The notes under the pieces: model-generated | Databases searched by the model: none | Told to the model about the DNA's origin: nothing | The model's input: only the letters and a program-made list of their open reading frames with translations | In this document: positions 12,867-26,040 of the stretch, one piece after another | Layout of the letters: each line of letters begins with the position of its first letter | Position numbering within the stretch: position 1 is the stretch's first letter | NCBI RefSeq assembly: GCF_006345805.1 | Contig: NC_043008.1 | Location: 76,136,001-76,200,000, forward strand | DNA length: 64,000 bases | Reading direction: 5' to 3' | Source of the DNA: Octopus sinensis | Taxonomy: Eukaryota | Translations under genes and position numbers: made by a program

Positions 12867-13612
12867 TATTTGGTAATCCCATAAATAATGTGTTTTGTTT
12901 TCGGAGGGGGACGGGATAAACTACCTGCATCAACTTGTTATAAAAGCAGGTAGTAATTTTACCGTATTCTTAATGGAAGCGACGAAGGAACATATTCGGC
13001 ATATTTTGCTTTATGAGTTCAATAAAAGCAACAACGCCACGGAAAGTGCGAGAAATATTAATGCAGCATATGAGGATCGGACAATCAACGTTAGCCAATG
13101 TTAACGGTGGTTCCAGACATTCCAAGCCGGAAACTACATCCAAGGAGACGATCCTCGCCCTGGAAGATCAGTAGAGCACGACTAGGACGTCCTTCAAATA
13201 CTTGTGGAACAAAATCCCATCGTAACTGTTGAAGAAGTATCAGAGAAGCTTAGATTTGGTCATTCAAACAATCATTCAAATCAACGCTAGAAGCAAAATG
13301 ACCATCTTTGGTTTCAAGACGAAAGGTGTTCTTCCATCAGGATAATGCTCGACCACATACACCGGGGACGACAGTCCAAAGCCTGAAGCAGTTTAAATGG
13401 GAATCGATGTCCCACCCACTATATTCGCCAGACATCTGATTATCATTTCTTCCGTAATCTTCAAAATTATTTGGACAGAAAAAAAATGAACATTACTGAA
13501 GGAGTATTTTTCGTCACGGACAAGTGAAATTTGGAAGAGGGGCATTGCAAGTTTACCAGATAGGTGGAAGAGCATTGTAGAAAATGAAGTATTATTGATG
13601 GTTTGGCCCAAC
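12867..13612 (+). mobile_element. Mariner transposon, internally deleted
   Basis: ATG at 12973: MEATKEHIRHILLYEFNK...RWFQTF...PRPGR (HTH), then FHQDNARPH, HPLYSPD, SDYHFF. The middle is missing. Degenerate TIR-like ends at ~12867-12890 and ~13590-13612. Confidence 0.88.
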
Positions 13613-13669
13613 ACGCATGCGGGCGCAAAACCGAGTTACACTCTTGGTGCTGTTCGAACGTTCTTATTT

Positions 13670-13825
13670 TGTATGTCTACGTTCTGAGTTCAAATTCCAC
13701 CGAATTTGTCTTTCATCCTTTCGGGGTCGATAAATTAAGCACCAGTTGCGTACTGGAGTCGATATAATCGACTGGCCTCCTCCCCAAAAATTTCGGACCT
13801 TGTGCTCAGAGTCGAAAAGGATATT
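13670..13825 (+). mobile_element. SINE family A
   Basis: acgttctgagttcaaattccacc...tttcatcctttcggggtcgataaattaag core. Confidence 0.85.
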
Positions 13826-14930
13826 TGAAAGTTCTATTTGTTTACAGTACAGTTCGAATTCAATATCCAAACATGTAAAGGTAGATTATTTTATCGATCT
13901 GCAGAGTAAATAATTTTTGTCATCTCTGAGCCGGAAAAGGGTTAAACAAGAAATTAAACAAGCAGTCTACTGTGCCAAATATCTGCAAAATGTCTCTGCA
14001 AAATGTCTCTGCAAACTGTTTTCTTCTATTATCAGAAGACACAAATGCGAGATTAGTCCCTATTTTACTATCCTGAAAGAGTATAATATCAGAGAGAATC
14101 TCATCAATGTTTGAACACACAGATAAAGAGGTGTAATTAAGTGCGACAATGTATTTTGTTAGTTCACCGCTCAATCATCTGAACTTATTTGAAAACAAAA
14201 GAAAAGAATATCTTTGTATTTCTTCACAGTAGCTGCCGCATGGAATAAATGGACGGTTGAATAAGTTTAATTTCCTGTTAATTACGTCAACTACAATATT
14301 GTGTTTGGTCGAAATTAGTCACCGGGAACAAATTATCGAGAGAAACCTTTTAAATGATAATTGAATAACTAGCATTTGTGCTGTCATACACAAAACTTAG
14401 ATGAAATATTCTAAATAGTCCTGCAACAAATTTCGATATTTGATCTCCATAAATATGTCCCTTCAATTATATCAAAAGAGTTCTGTTTCTCTAGCACGAA
14501 ATAAGAAACAACCAGACGATGAATGTTCTAAAGGTGTAATTGTAACCATGGGTGTTGTTTCTAAGTGTTACAGGTGAGGAGGTTAAAAAATATGTATATG
14601 AGGTATAAAATTGCTTTAATAATTATAAAATATTAATCGATTTGTTCTCGTAATTATATTCTATAATTGCATTGTGCTTGAAACGTCAATCGCATTCAAT
14701 GTTCCAAGTTAATCTCTATAAAAGCAACGGATTTTGGATATAATAATTATCCAGTTTGCAGTGGTGACGCTGGAAGAAATGGTATAAAGTCGCTTAGATT
14801 GTTTTGTAACGTTTCAGTAATAATTTTCTCGTTAAATCAAGCTTTAAAATTACACAAATGATTCAGAACTGTATTTGAATATTTCTAATTGTCAATGAAT
14901 AATTCTAATTATCAATATTTCTGATTAATA

Positions 14931-15142
14931 AGGCAGTGGGACTATAGAATGATTAACGCACCAGGCAAAATGCTTAGCTGCCTTTCGCCAGTCTTTACGT
15001 TCTGAGTTCAAATTCTGCTGAGGTTGACTTTGCCTTTTACCCTTTCAAGGATCACAAAGTAAGTACTAGTACTAGGGTCGATGTAATCGACTTAACACCT
15101 CCCCTGAAATTGCTGGCCTTGCGCCAAAAATTGAAACCAATA
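14931..15142 (+). mobile_element. SINE family A, near full length
   Basis: Head aaggcagtggg...gcaaaatgcttagc, core, and tail cccctgaaattgctggccttgcgccaaaaattgaaacc. Confidence 0.85.
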
Positions 15143-16012
15143 CAGTAATCCCTCTTCATATCGCGGTTCATTATTTAAGCTTACATCGATTCCTCCGTGT
15201 TATTGTTTCGCATTTATAATAAAATCTATACAAATTATAAAAATAATTTTTAAAAATACCGTAGAGTATTGCTTCTACTTCGTAGAGTTTCACCTATTGT
15301 GGTGGGGTTTGGAACGTAACAGCCGCGATAGTCGAGAGATTACTGTATTTCTAATTAGTAAGGCGGTGAGATGGCACGACGGATGAAATACTTAGCGGGG
15401 AAGACTTTGCCTTTCATCCACTCGGGGTTCAGCTTCGTTCAATATCTCTAGAAATTATAATCTCCGATTTGTAAACTACATTTAGTTTTACGTGTTAACT
15501 CCTTGACCTCCTCTAAATACAAAGCATTGTAAAATTACATTAAGAGTCAGGCAAATTCAAACACCAAAAAAAAAGAAAATTTCGCAATAAATTTAACATG
15601 AAAGAATATTTCTCATTTTGAAAGTATAGCTAAGTCACGTAGCTTCAATACATTGATTGTATTTATTTCATCTACGTTAGAATTATAAAAGTGAAAATCA
15701 GTTCAGCTTGATTAGAATGCATGGTTTTCGGCACAGGGTTTTTGGCACAAGGTAATCTGCCCTACACTGCCTTCAGTAATAGTAGTCGAGGTAGTAGTGC
15801 TGGTGGTTGCGGCGGTGGCAGTGATGGACGGTTTGAATGGTTGGTGGTGTCGGTGCTGGGGGTAGTGATGATGATGGTGGTGGTCAGAAGTATTTTATTA
15901 ATTTTCAATTCGAGCTGGAATTGATTTTTCACTTTATATTGTTTTCCTTTGTTTTGATTTGTTCTTTTTTCTGTTATTTTATGCGATTTTTTTGAGTTAA
16001 TTATTCTAATTA

Positions 16013-16035
16013 GTTTTGTTTTCTTTCTCTCTCAG
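16013..16035 (+). promoter_or_regulatory. Candidate 3' splice acceptor just before the GPCR start codon
   Basis: Polypyrimidine tract ttttgttttctttctctctCAG ends at 16035, 2 nt before the ATG at 16037. This implies an upstream exon. Confidence 0.65.
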
Positions 16036-16036
16036 G

Positions 16037-17260
16037 ATGGAAAATGCAGTCACTCATCTACCAGGAATGGCTAATAGAACAGAAGAGACAGACGTGAATG
16101 TCGCAACAATTAGCAATTCATCTGGCGAATACGAGTGGCGAGTTTACGTGCTAATCGTCCAGCTTTTGACTTTCTCCGTTCTTGGAAGCATCGGAAATGC
16201 TATTGTCGTTTATATTTATTCCAATAAGAAAGAGAAAGTAACATCTAACATCTTCATAATAAGTTTAGCAATTGTCGACTTATTTACCTGCATGGTTGTG
16301 ATTCCGTTTACAGTGATAGTGGAATCTCTTGAATACAAGGTCGTCTATGATGGCTTTTGCAAAATGTATTTCTTCTTAATAACATCGAATGTGCCATTTT
16401 CAATGTTTATTATGGTAGCTATCGCATTCGATCGTTACTTTTGTATTTGCCATCCTTTTCTTGGAGTGATGACCGTAAAAAGGGCGAAAATACTTATTTC
16501 CACACTTGGTCTCTCAGCAATCGGCCTTGGCGTCTTCACCAGTCTTATGCATGGTATGTATAAGAAGTATGAAATACCAGGTGATTATAATACAACCGTT
16601 GGCAGCTTAGATATACGAACTGAAGCCTACAACGATACTTTGCTATTTGGATTCGAAAATAGACTTAAATCATCTCCTGTGCCAAGTTATACTTACAATT
16701 ACTCTGCTGAATGTGGTCCTAATATTATCATCATAAATGAATCAACACGCAAAGCTTATCAAAAGTTTTATTCATTTCTATTTTTGGTTTCCTTTCTAAT
16801 CATTGCTGTACTTTATGCTCTAATTGTAAGATTTGTTGTACTGAAAAGATCTTGGCGCAACAAGACCAAATACACAGCTCCCACGTCTACTACTGTGACA
16901 CAAGATACTGTACTAGATGAAACGTGCGAAAATAATGCTACGGAAGCAACAAAAGCAGGAAAGAAAGATACAGTGAAAAATGGAAAAGATGGTGCATCAA
17001 AGAGGACTCAGCGAAAACATGATAAAGTTAAAGAACGGACTCAGTCTTCAAACCTGAAAATTGCCGGCGTACTTTTTGTTGTGACGTTGGTATTTGTCAT
17101 AGCATTTCTTCCAGGCTGGTTAATGGCGCATGCAGTTCTCCCACAGAACAAAATTGTATTTTATATGTATTTTATGTATAATGTTGCCAACCCTGCTATA
17201 TATGCTTTCATGAATCCAATTTTCAGAAAAGACATGAAAAAAATATTGCATTGTACATAG
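16037..17260 (+). CDS. Class A GPCR, neuropeptide-receptor-like, 407 aa, intronless coding region
   Basis: Uninterrupted ORF with seven hydrophobic segments: GN in TM1, LAIVD in TM2, Cys at the top of TM3, DRYFCICHP, TM6 FVIAFLP, TM7 NPAIY, and N-terminal NRT/NSS sequons. Subfamily cannot be assigned by eye. Confidence 0.95.
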   Translation: MENAVTHLPGMANRTEETDVNVATISNSSGEYEWRVYVLIVQLLTFSVLGSIGNAIVVYIYSNKKEKVTSNIFIISLAIVDLFTCMVVIPFTVIVESLEYKVVYDGFCKMYFFLITSNVPFSMFIMVAIAFDRYFCICHPFLGVMTVKRAKILISTLGLSAIGLGVFTSLMHGMYKKYEIPGDYNTTVGSLDIRTEAYNDTLLFGFENRLKSSPVPSYTYNYSAECGPNIIIINESTRKAYQKFYSFLFLVSFLIIAVLYALIVRFVVLKRSWRNKTKYTAPTSTTVTQDTVLDETCENNATEATKAGKKDTVKNGKDGASKRTQRKHDKVKERTQSSNLKIAGVLFVVTLVFVIAFLPGWLMAHAVLPQNKIVFYMYFMYNVANPAIYAFMNPIFRKDMKKILHCT

Positions 17261-18392
17261 AAGGGTATTACAATGACTGATATTTAAATACATGTACTGA
17301 TGTCTTAATTTCATGTACCTCTTCGAATATAAGGTACCTCTTTGTATATATTGGTACCTCCCTTAATATATAGAAAATGTATCCATACCTATCACATATT
17401 TTCTATGAAACTTTATCAATAATTATCTGAACTCATCCTTTCTTACGCATATTGAATGTCTATATGCCATACAGGTCTACTAACACATTCTCCACTAGCT
17501 GTGAAGTTAACATATACAAAATATAACTGACGCTTTGCCAAACAGTGTAGGAATCTGATACGTAAAACACACAGATCTTAATCTATTTCCACTTGTCGGT
17601 CACATTCACACAAAGTTATATGATTATAATTACCTGAATGCATATATATCATACATAAATATTGCAAACATTTGCACGTGTTCGTACTTCAAAGTATCTT
17701 GTTAACACAATGTACTTAACAAACAATATGTTTGGTACAGAAAAACTCAAAACAGAATCATAAATATTATTACACCGTATTTTACTAACATTTGCACATT
17801 CAAACATTAACGATACTACTAAATATACAAAGTACACGTCTAAAAATATAACAATCCCTTTGTGATTTCATAGAAAATGTGATCTTAATAGAACGTTCGA
17901 GCAATCTGCCAATTTATTATCAACGTGAGTGGAAATGGTGTACCAGTTTAGAATATGAGAACAGTTTATAACCGCTTTTCCACTTATTGTCGCTTTTGTA
18001 TTAGGATACCAGTCGTGGCTCAAACAGTGAAGAGCCAATCTAGTTTGTTCTTAAAATTTTTATGTTTGTAGTCCTAGAACGGTGAATCATTGTTCGCAGT
18101 TGAAATACCATCGAAAGCAGAACTTGGCTTCCATCACTACCAGGTCGACAGAATAAATGAATAAATGATAGTAATCACTCGTTTCTTTTCAGCCAGTGTT
18201 GTCGATTTATCCGTCAACAGAAAGCAGTATGTACACGAAAATTGGTATCTTTCGTGATTCAAAAGGAGTAGATGCCCAACATGCAAAATATAATGTCCGA
18301 AAGAGTTATAGAATGAATGGAATAATACTTTGTACAAATAACATAGTTATCAAGCTTATGAATCAGTTGTAAAATACTTCAGCTTATTTAAT

Positions 18393-18441
<49 letters not shown>

Positions 18442-18494
18442 GAAATATTAAAATTACTAAGTCTCTCTAAAGGAGATTACGGCAGCGTTACTGG

Positions 18495-18570
18495 ATATTA
18501 ATAGTTATCGCCATACAGATTTAGTCTTATATTTAGACTGCCATATTAATATGGCGATAACTATTAATAT
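18495..18570. repeat. Perfect 21-bp inverted repeat
   Basis: atattaatagttatcgccata (18495-18515) and tatggcgataactattaatat (18550-18570); the right arm runs into (TA)n. Confidence 0.9.
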
Positions 18571-18758
18571 ATATATATATATAATATATTATATTTCTTA
18601 AACATATAATTCTTAAATATATATGATATATATATATATATATATTATATATATTATATATAACTATATAATATAAGTTATGTATATATATATATATTAT
18701 ATATATAATATATATAACATATATATATATATTATATATATTTATAGTAATATGTCAT

Positions 18759-18803
<45 letters not shown>

Positions 18804-18898
18804 ACTATATAATATAAGTTATGTATATATATATATATAATATAATATATATATATATTATATATATATATAATATATATATATAATATATATGTAAT

Positions 18899-19223
18899 CG
18901 CAGGAGTGGCTGTGTGGTAATTAGCTTGCTTACCAACCGTATGGTTCTGGGTTCACTCCCGCTGCGTGGCACCTCGGGCAAGTGTCTTCTACTATAGCCT
19001 CGGGACGTGTGTGTTTGTGTATGTATGTATGTTTGTATGTCCTTGTTTGCCCCCCCCCCCTCAATATCGCTTGACAACCGATGCTGGTGTGTTCAAGTCC
19101 GCGTAACTTAGCGGTTCGGCAAGAGAGACCGATAGAATAATTACTAGACTTACAAAGAATAAGTCCTGGGGTTGATTTGCTATATTAAAGGCGGTGCTCC
19201 AGCATGGCCGCTGTGAAAATGAC
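18899..19223 (+). mobile_element. tRNA-derived SINE family B
   Basis: Head gcaggagtggctgtgtggt (A-box-like) and gggttcactccc (B-box-like); tail ggcggtgctccagcatggccgc. Confidence 0.88.
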
Positions 19224-19436
19224 GTATATACACATAAAATATATGTAACATATATATATGAAATGTATATATATATATCCACAATATATATGTATTATAT
19301 ACAAAATCTATTGATATTACATATATTAAATATATATGAAAATATATCACATATATAATATCTATATATTTTACAGATATATAATACATATAAAATATAT
19401 ATATAGTATACATATATATGATATATATATATTCTT

Positions 19437-19473
<37 letters not shown>

Positions 19474-19626
19474 CAATATATGCATAGATAGTATATATAT
19501 ACAATATCTGTAAATAATATATATATAGGTATATATATATATATATATATATACTTATTTATATACGTATATATATGTATATATATATTATATACAACAT
19601 CTGTATACAACATATATATATATATA

Positions 19627-19920
19627 TATTTTATATAAAATCCGTTCTGTGTGTGTGTCTCGGGCGTCCTTCATCTGATTGCGCTCAAATTTGGTATGTA
19701 GATACCCACGGTTTAAGGGCGTGTATAAGGCTTGAAAAAATTACAGAAATTGATCGCAGGTGAGAATGCGATCGATAAAGCCGTGAGAAATGCTTTTTGT
19801 TTGGAATAGAAAAAAGTCTATCTTTATTTCCTCTTTTGCTGGTGTCTCAAATTTAGGTTAAATCAGTGTTTCTCAAAGGGGAGACCTATGGGACGGTAGG
19901 ACAAGTTGTTTTGAGAAAAT
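19627..19920 (+). mobile_element. Possible non-autonomous Helitron-type fragment
   Basis: tatataaaa...ctgtgtgtgtg...ctcaaatttggtatgtagatacc resembles invertebrate Helitron-N 5' ends. Pattern recall only. Confidence 0.3.
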
Positions 19921-20065
19921 TTGTTTTAAATGTTTGACAACTCAGCAGCGTCATTTGGATGGGGGAGTTTTGCTCGTATATATATTATATATATATATAC
20001 ATACATACAGAATATGAATAATATATAAATATGTGCATATATACATACATATATGCATATACCTA

Positions 20066-20113
<48 letters not shown>

Positions 20114-20220
20114 GCATAAAATGCGTACAGGACATCAAAAAACGAAGAACACAATGAGAAACGAAAACATAAATACAAAAACATGGAAACGAACTTTTTT
20201 CAAGCATAGGTAATATAAAA

Positions 20221-20592
20221 GGCGCAGGAGTGGCTTTGTGGTAAATAGCTTGCTTACCTACCACATGGTTCCGGGTTCAGTCCCACAGCTTGGCACGTTC
20301 CAAAATGTCATCTACTATAATCTCGGGCTGACCACTGACTTCTGCCTTAATTTGGTAGACGGAGACTAAAAAAGCACGTCGTATATCTAAGTGTGTGTAT
20401 GTTTCTGTGTCTGTGTTGGTCCCAAATCGAAGTATGACAACCGATGTAGGTTTCTTTACGTGATCTAAACTTAGCGTTTGAACAAAGGATACTGCTAGAA
20501 TAAAAAAGGCTTACAAATAATAAGTCCTGGGTTTGGTTTCTTCAACTAAAAACAGTGCGCTAGCATGACTGCAGTCGAAAGGCTCAAACGAA
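20221..20592 (+). mobile_element. SINE family B
   Basis: ggcgcaggagtggctttgtggtaaatagcttgc...ccgggttcagtccc; same body and tail as 18899-19223. Confidence 0.85.
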
Positions 20593-20623
20593 TAACATAA
20601 TGACATCATATATATATGCATAA

Positions 20624-20689
<66 letters not shown>

Positions 20690-21360
20690 TATATATATGT
20701 ATTATATATATGCATATATATATGTATATATATATATATATATAATATATTATATGTATTAATATATATATATTATATGAATTATATATATATATTGTAT
20801 TTACTTATATACATATATAATTTATATATTTAAATATATTTATATATATACATATTATATTATATTTATTTATGTATATATAATTTATGTTTATATATAT
20901 ATATATTATATGTATTAATATATATATATATATTTATTATATATATATATATATACATATTATATATATATATATATACACTTATAAATATATATTATAT
21001 ATATATATTATGTATATATATGTTATATATATATATATATATGTATATATTAAACATAAAATACATATGTTATATATATGTATTATATGTATATAATATA
21101 CGATATATATATATATTTATTATATATATAATATATTTTATATAGAGGTATTATATTTATCAATATTATACAATATAGATATATATGAATTATATATAAT
21201 ATCCATATTATCTATATGCATTATATATATAATATTATATATATATATATATTGTATATATAATATATATATATATTATATATTTAATATATATATATAT
21301 TATATATAATATATTATATGTATATTATATAATATATCATATATGTATAGCATATATATT

Positions 21361-21416
<56 letters not shown>

Positions 21417-21604
21417 TATAAATATATATGGTATATGGTATATGGTATATATATTACATATATGTTTGTTCAGTGATTTGATCGGGCAAACGAAACACAA
21501 ATATATATAGGCACACAAACATGTATATTTATATATATGTATACATTTATATAAGTGCTTATATTTATATATATGTATATACATATATATATATCTTTAT
21601 ATAT

Positions 21605-21715
<111 letters not shown>

Positions 21716-21899
21716 TATACATATATAATTCACACATACATCTCCATACTCCTGACACGAGAAAAGTCATTGCCAAGAAAACTTACTGAAATGATTCATT
21801 ATTTCTGCCATGTCATTCCGTTAAATGTCTTTTAAGCCCGGCCAAGCTTTTACACATTTTATTACATATTAGACAACTGTGCTTGTTGGCAGGAGATGC

Positions 21900-22468
21900 A
21901 GATGGCACCATATACACTTGCGTACCCTGCTTATTTAGACCTCCAACTGAGGGGCACACCCTTCCACATTTTAACACGTTCTTTCATGAATTTTATAACC
22001 ACACACATAAAACATCTATGTCTCACTTTACACAGTTTACCCTTCTAAGCCCCCTCCTAATTCACTCATGCTTCACTCTCTCCCTCCCAAACCTTGAACA
22101 ACCCTCGTGCACTATTTGCCTCCACGAATCACGGTTTTCTGCCTCCCTCTCTCACATACCAGCTGCAATTTCTGTCTGTATACAGCATTTTTAAAGCAAT
22201 CCTTAAACCCCAGTTTCGGCTTATGCGCTGGTCTCCCTCCATCTTCCAGCTCACCATACAGAATCAGCAGGCCTAGTAGTGCTTGATAGACGTCTATGGA
22301 AACAGCATCATGTATGTTGACAAATTAAAGTTAAGGTATATAATTCATGCATCACACCATCTTTGCTATATGGAAGTGAGGCATTGTTGTTTACGGTAGG
22401 CAGGTAAGGCAATTAGAACGATTTCATAAATACTGTCTGAGAAGAATTTTGTGAGATAAAGTGGGAAA
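21900..22468. mobile_element. RTE-clade LINE 3' fragment with an inverted upstream piece
   Basis: Minus strand 22270->21900: LYGELEDGGR...GFKDCFK...NRDSWR...KCGRVCPSVGGL. Plus strand 22288->22468: RLWK...KVYNSCITPSLLYGSE...LERFHKYCLRRIL. Confidence 0.8.
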
Positions 22469-22496
22469 TATATATAAATAAATAAATATATATATA

Positions 22497-23930
22497 TGTT
22501 TTTAAAGTTTCAGCTCAAATCTGCGGCCATGCTCATGCACCGCCGTTTTGAGCTACACTGTTATTACTAAGAGCCTCCTCTAATATGTGGAACTTGATGA
22601 AGAATGGAGTTTGATATAGCTACCCTCATTTGCACCTCTTGCCTTGAGGTAGGCTCATCTGGGACTCTCGACAGGAAGAGGTCCAGCTTTGATTTAAAAG
22701 CCCCTACATCTACTTTGTGCAAGTTTCTCAGACTCTTTGGGAGAATATTAAAAAGCTGTGGGCCCTTGAAACCCAGGCTGTTGCAGTAACTGCTCCTGAA
22801 GCGTGATGGCATTGCTAGAATCTTTGATACCATGCAGTGTCGTCCCGTTCTGGCATTGGTGTAGCTTTCAATGCCAAAATTTGGCACAATTTCTTCCATG
22901 ATCTTCCAGATATATATTACTGCATACCTCTCCCGTCTTCTCTCCAGAGAGTAGAGTCTTAGCTGTTTCGGCCTTTCCCAGTAGCTGAGCTGTTGCAAAG
23001 AGATGATCTTCTTTGTGAATCTTCTCTGGATTGCTTCAAGGTCCGCTTTCGATCTCACACTGGTGGGTGACCATAGCTGTGAGCAGTAATCCAGGCGGCT
23101 GAGGACGAATGTCCGCCAGAGGACCATCATGGTTTCCTTATCTCTGGTTCTGAATGTTCTTAAGATCCATCCAGCCAGTCGTCTGCACTTTGTCGCCATC
23201 CTGGTAATGTGCACTTGGAAAGAGGTATCACTACTCATATCGATACCCAGGTCCCTCACTGACTTAGGCTCTGGGATTGAAATTCCATGTGGACCGGTGT
23301 ACCCTGTATGTTTAATATTCAGTTTTGGATGCTGGTAGCACAGGGCCTGTAATTTCTCAGCATTAAACTGCATATTATTATCCTCAGCCCATCTGTAAAT
23401 TGGGTCCAACTCCTGCTGCAGGTGTGTCATCGCTGGTGTTCTGTATTTTCTGTGAGATTTTCGTATTATATGCATAGCTTACCAGAGTGGGTATCCGGGC
23501 ATTTGAGGACATATCTGAGAGGGCCACTATAAAAAGCAGTGGTCCCAAGACAGTGCCCTGTGGAACACCGTTCACTATTTGTGTGTTCATAGAGGTGGCT
23601 ACATTAACCACTACTGAGTGACTCCTATCATTCAGGAAGTCATGTAACCACACTCCAAGTTTTCCAGCTATGCCGAGGCCACGCAGTATGTGGCATATCA
23701 TACCATGATCCACCTTGTCAACAGCTTTTGCAAAATCAAGGTATATTACATCCACATTTGATTTGTTGAGTAACTGCCTCAACACCCAGTCATATTGTTG
23801 TAAGAGCGGGGTCAGGCAGCTCCTACCTGATCGAAAACCATTTTGAGTATCACTTAGCAATTTATTTTTTTTCAAGGAATGCGATTATCTTCCATCTGAC
23901 TATCCGTTCCATGACTGTGCTGATGTGCTG
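22497..23930 (-). mobile_element. CR1/L2-type LINE, 5'-truncated RT plus 3' tail
   Basis: QNGFRSGRSC, YLDFAKAVDKV, GVPQGTVLGPLLF, RDLGI, DYCSQLW, LEAIQRRFTK, LYSLERRRERY; one frameshift near 23475. Confidence 0.92.
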
Positions 23931-24021
23931 ATGTATAATTATATATATATATAAATATAGCTATATATGATATATATTTATATTATATGTATATATATAT
24001 ATATATTATATATATATTATA

Positions 24022-24059
<38 letters not shown>

Positions 24060-24190
24060 ATATATATATGATAGATATATATTATATATATTATATATAT
24101 TATATATGTATTATACTTATGTAAGATATATATATAATATTTATATTATTATATTATTTATGTAGTATGCATATATATACATATATATAT

Positions 24191-24240
<50 letters not shown>

Positions 24241-24310
24241 CATATATATATATAAATTATATAAATACGATATATACATATATATATATATATATATGAT
24301 AGATATATAT

Positions 24311-24379
<69 letters not shown>

Positions 24380-25380
24380 AAATATGTGATTTATATATAT
24401 GTATTATATATATATATATATTATATATATATATATATTAATTAATTAGTTTTCCGTGAAAGTTTGGCGCGCTGTTGGTTGGGGCATTTGAATTATAACG
24501 TCGGATGTAATCAATTGAACCACACGCGTATTTATCGTTATGGTAAAATCTGGCGTGTGATTGAGTGGATTTCATCCAGATAGTCTTGGCTGACGAGCTA
24601 CAAATGGATTTTTTTGTAAGTAATATTACATTTAATTCATTAATAGCGAAACAATTGTCCCAAAATAATCTGTATTTTTGTTATTTTTTACTTGCCCTGT
24701 CCGTGTGAGCTAACGGTCGTACTGGCTTTCATGGGAAACATGTATCTTCGTGGTTGAAACCTTTTGGATTAACTGGTGCTAGAGTGAGCAATATATTGAC
24801 CACTCTCTTATATTTGTTGTGTATATATATATTATATAAATTATGTGTATTATATATGTATATATATTCTATATATTATATAAATATATATATTATATAT
24901 ATATAGTATATCATATATTATATATATGTTTATATATTGTATATATATATATATATATTATATTTATTATATATATACGATATATATATGATATATATAT
25001 ATTATATATATGCTACATATAAATTATATATATACCATATATTTATTATATATATATTATAAATATCTATATTATATCAATATATATAAATATTATATAT
25101 ATGTATGTATATTAAATATATTATATATACGATTATATATGATATATATTATATGTATACATATTATGTATTCAAATTATATATATATATATTATATATA
25201 TACTATACATATATTATATATATATATACTATACATATATTATATATATATATATATTTAAATACTATATATATATTATATTTTTACATATATACTATAT
25301 ATTTTATAAATATTATATATTATATATATGCATATATATATATATGTCATATAAATATTTGTATATTATATATATATATA

Positions 25381-25415
<35 letters not shown>
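23931..25415. repeat. Degenerate (TA)n field with a unique island at ~24450-24820
   Basis: Directly visible. Confidence 0.93.
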
Positions 25416-25432
<17 letters not shown>

Positions 25433-25687
25433 CAGAGAGAGAATATGAGAAGCATTTGTGTCAAGAAGCCCCAAATGGCTCAGATAATGCTTAATATGTT
25501 CCATCGTCTATTATTAAGCTGTAGTTTTGATAAAGATACGAAAGAGGAGTGTATTAGCATGCATATATAAATATATATATATACATTAACAGAATGAGAT
25601 AGAACTTCCATGGCTGTGAATAGTTATCAGAACTACTGAAACAGGACAAATTTGAGTTAATCTACTTCGGCAAAGACGATAACCTGA

Positions 25688-26040
25688 AGGAGGTTTGGGT
25701 TTGTGGTGAGAAGCTTGCTTCTAGTCCTTACTGTTCCGCGTTCAGTCCTACTGCGTGTTGCCTTAGGCGAGTGTCTTTTTCTATAGCCTCTGGCCGACCA
25801 AATATTTGCGAATGTATTTGGGAGACGGAAAATAAAAGCTCGTCGTATATATATATATATATATATAAATGTTTCTTCGCGCCAGTTTTTGTCACTGTCA
25901 CTTTACAACCAATGTTTTTAGTGTATATGTCCCCGTAATCTTGGCTTCCTTGCGAAAGTGATCGATACTATAAGTACTATGCTTACAAAGAATACGTTCT
26001 GTGATAGGATTCTTCGACTAAAAATCCTTTACGGTGAAAC
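25688..26040 (+). mobile_element. SINE family B, old copy
   Basis: Degenerate match: gcgttcagtcctactgcgtg...gagtgtcttttctatagcc...gcttacaaagaata. Confidence 0.7.

Noticed and set aside
15721-15924. Gly/Val-rich ORF as an upstream GPCR exon
   Set aside because: Degenerate (GGT)n/(GAT)n low complexity with no supporting splice evidence.
24450-24820. Unique island in the TA field as a PLE coding remnant
   Set aside because: No convincing motif in the frames examined.
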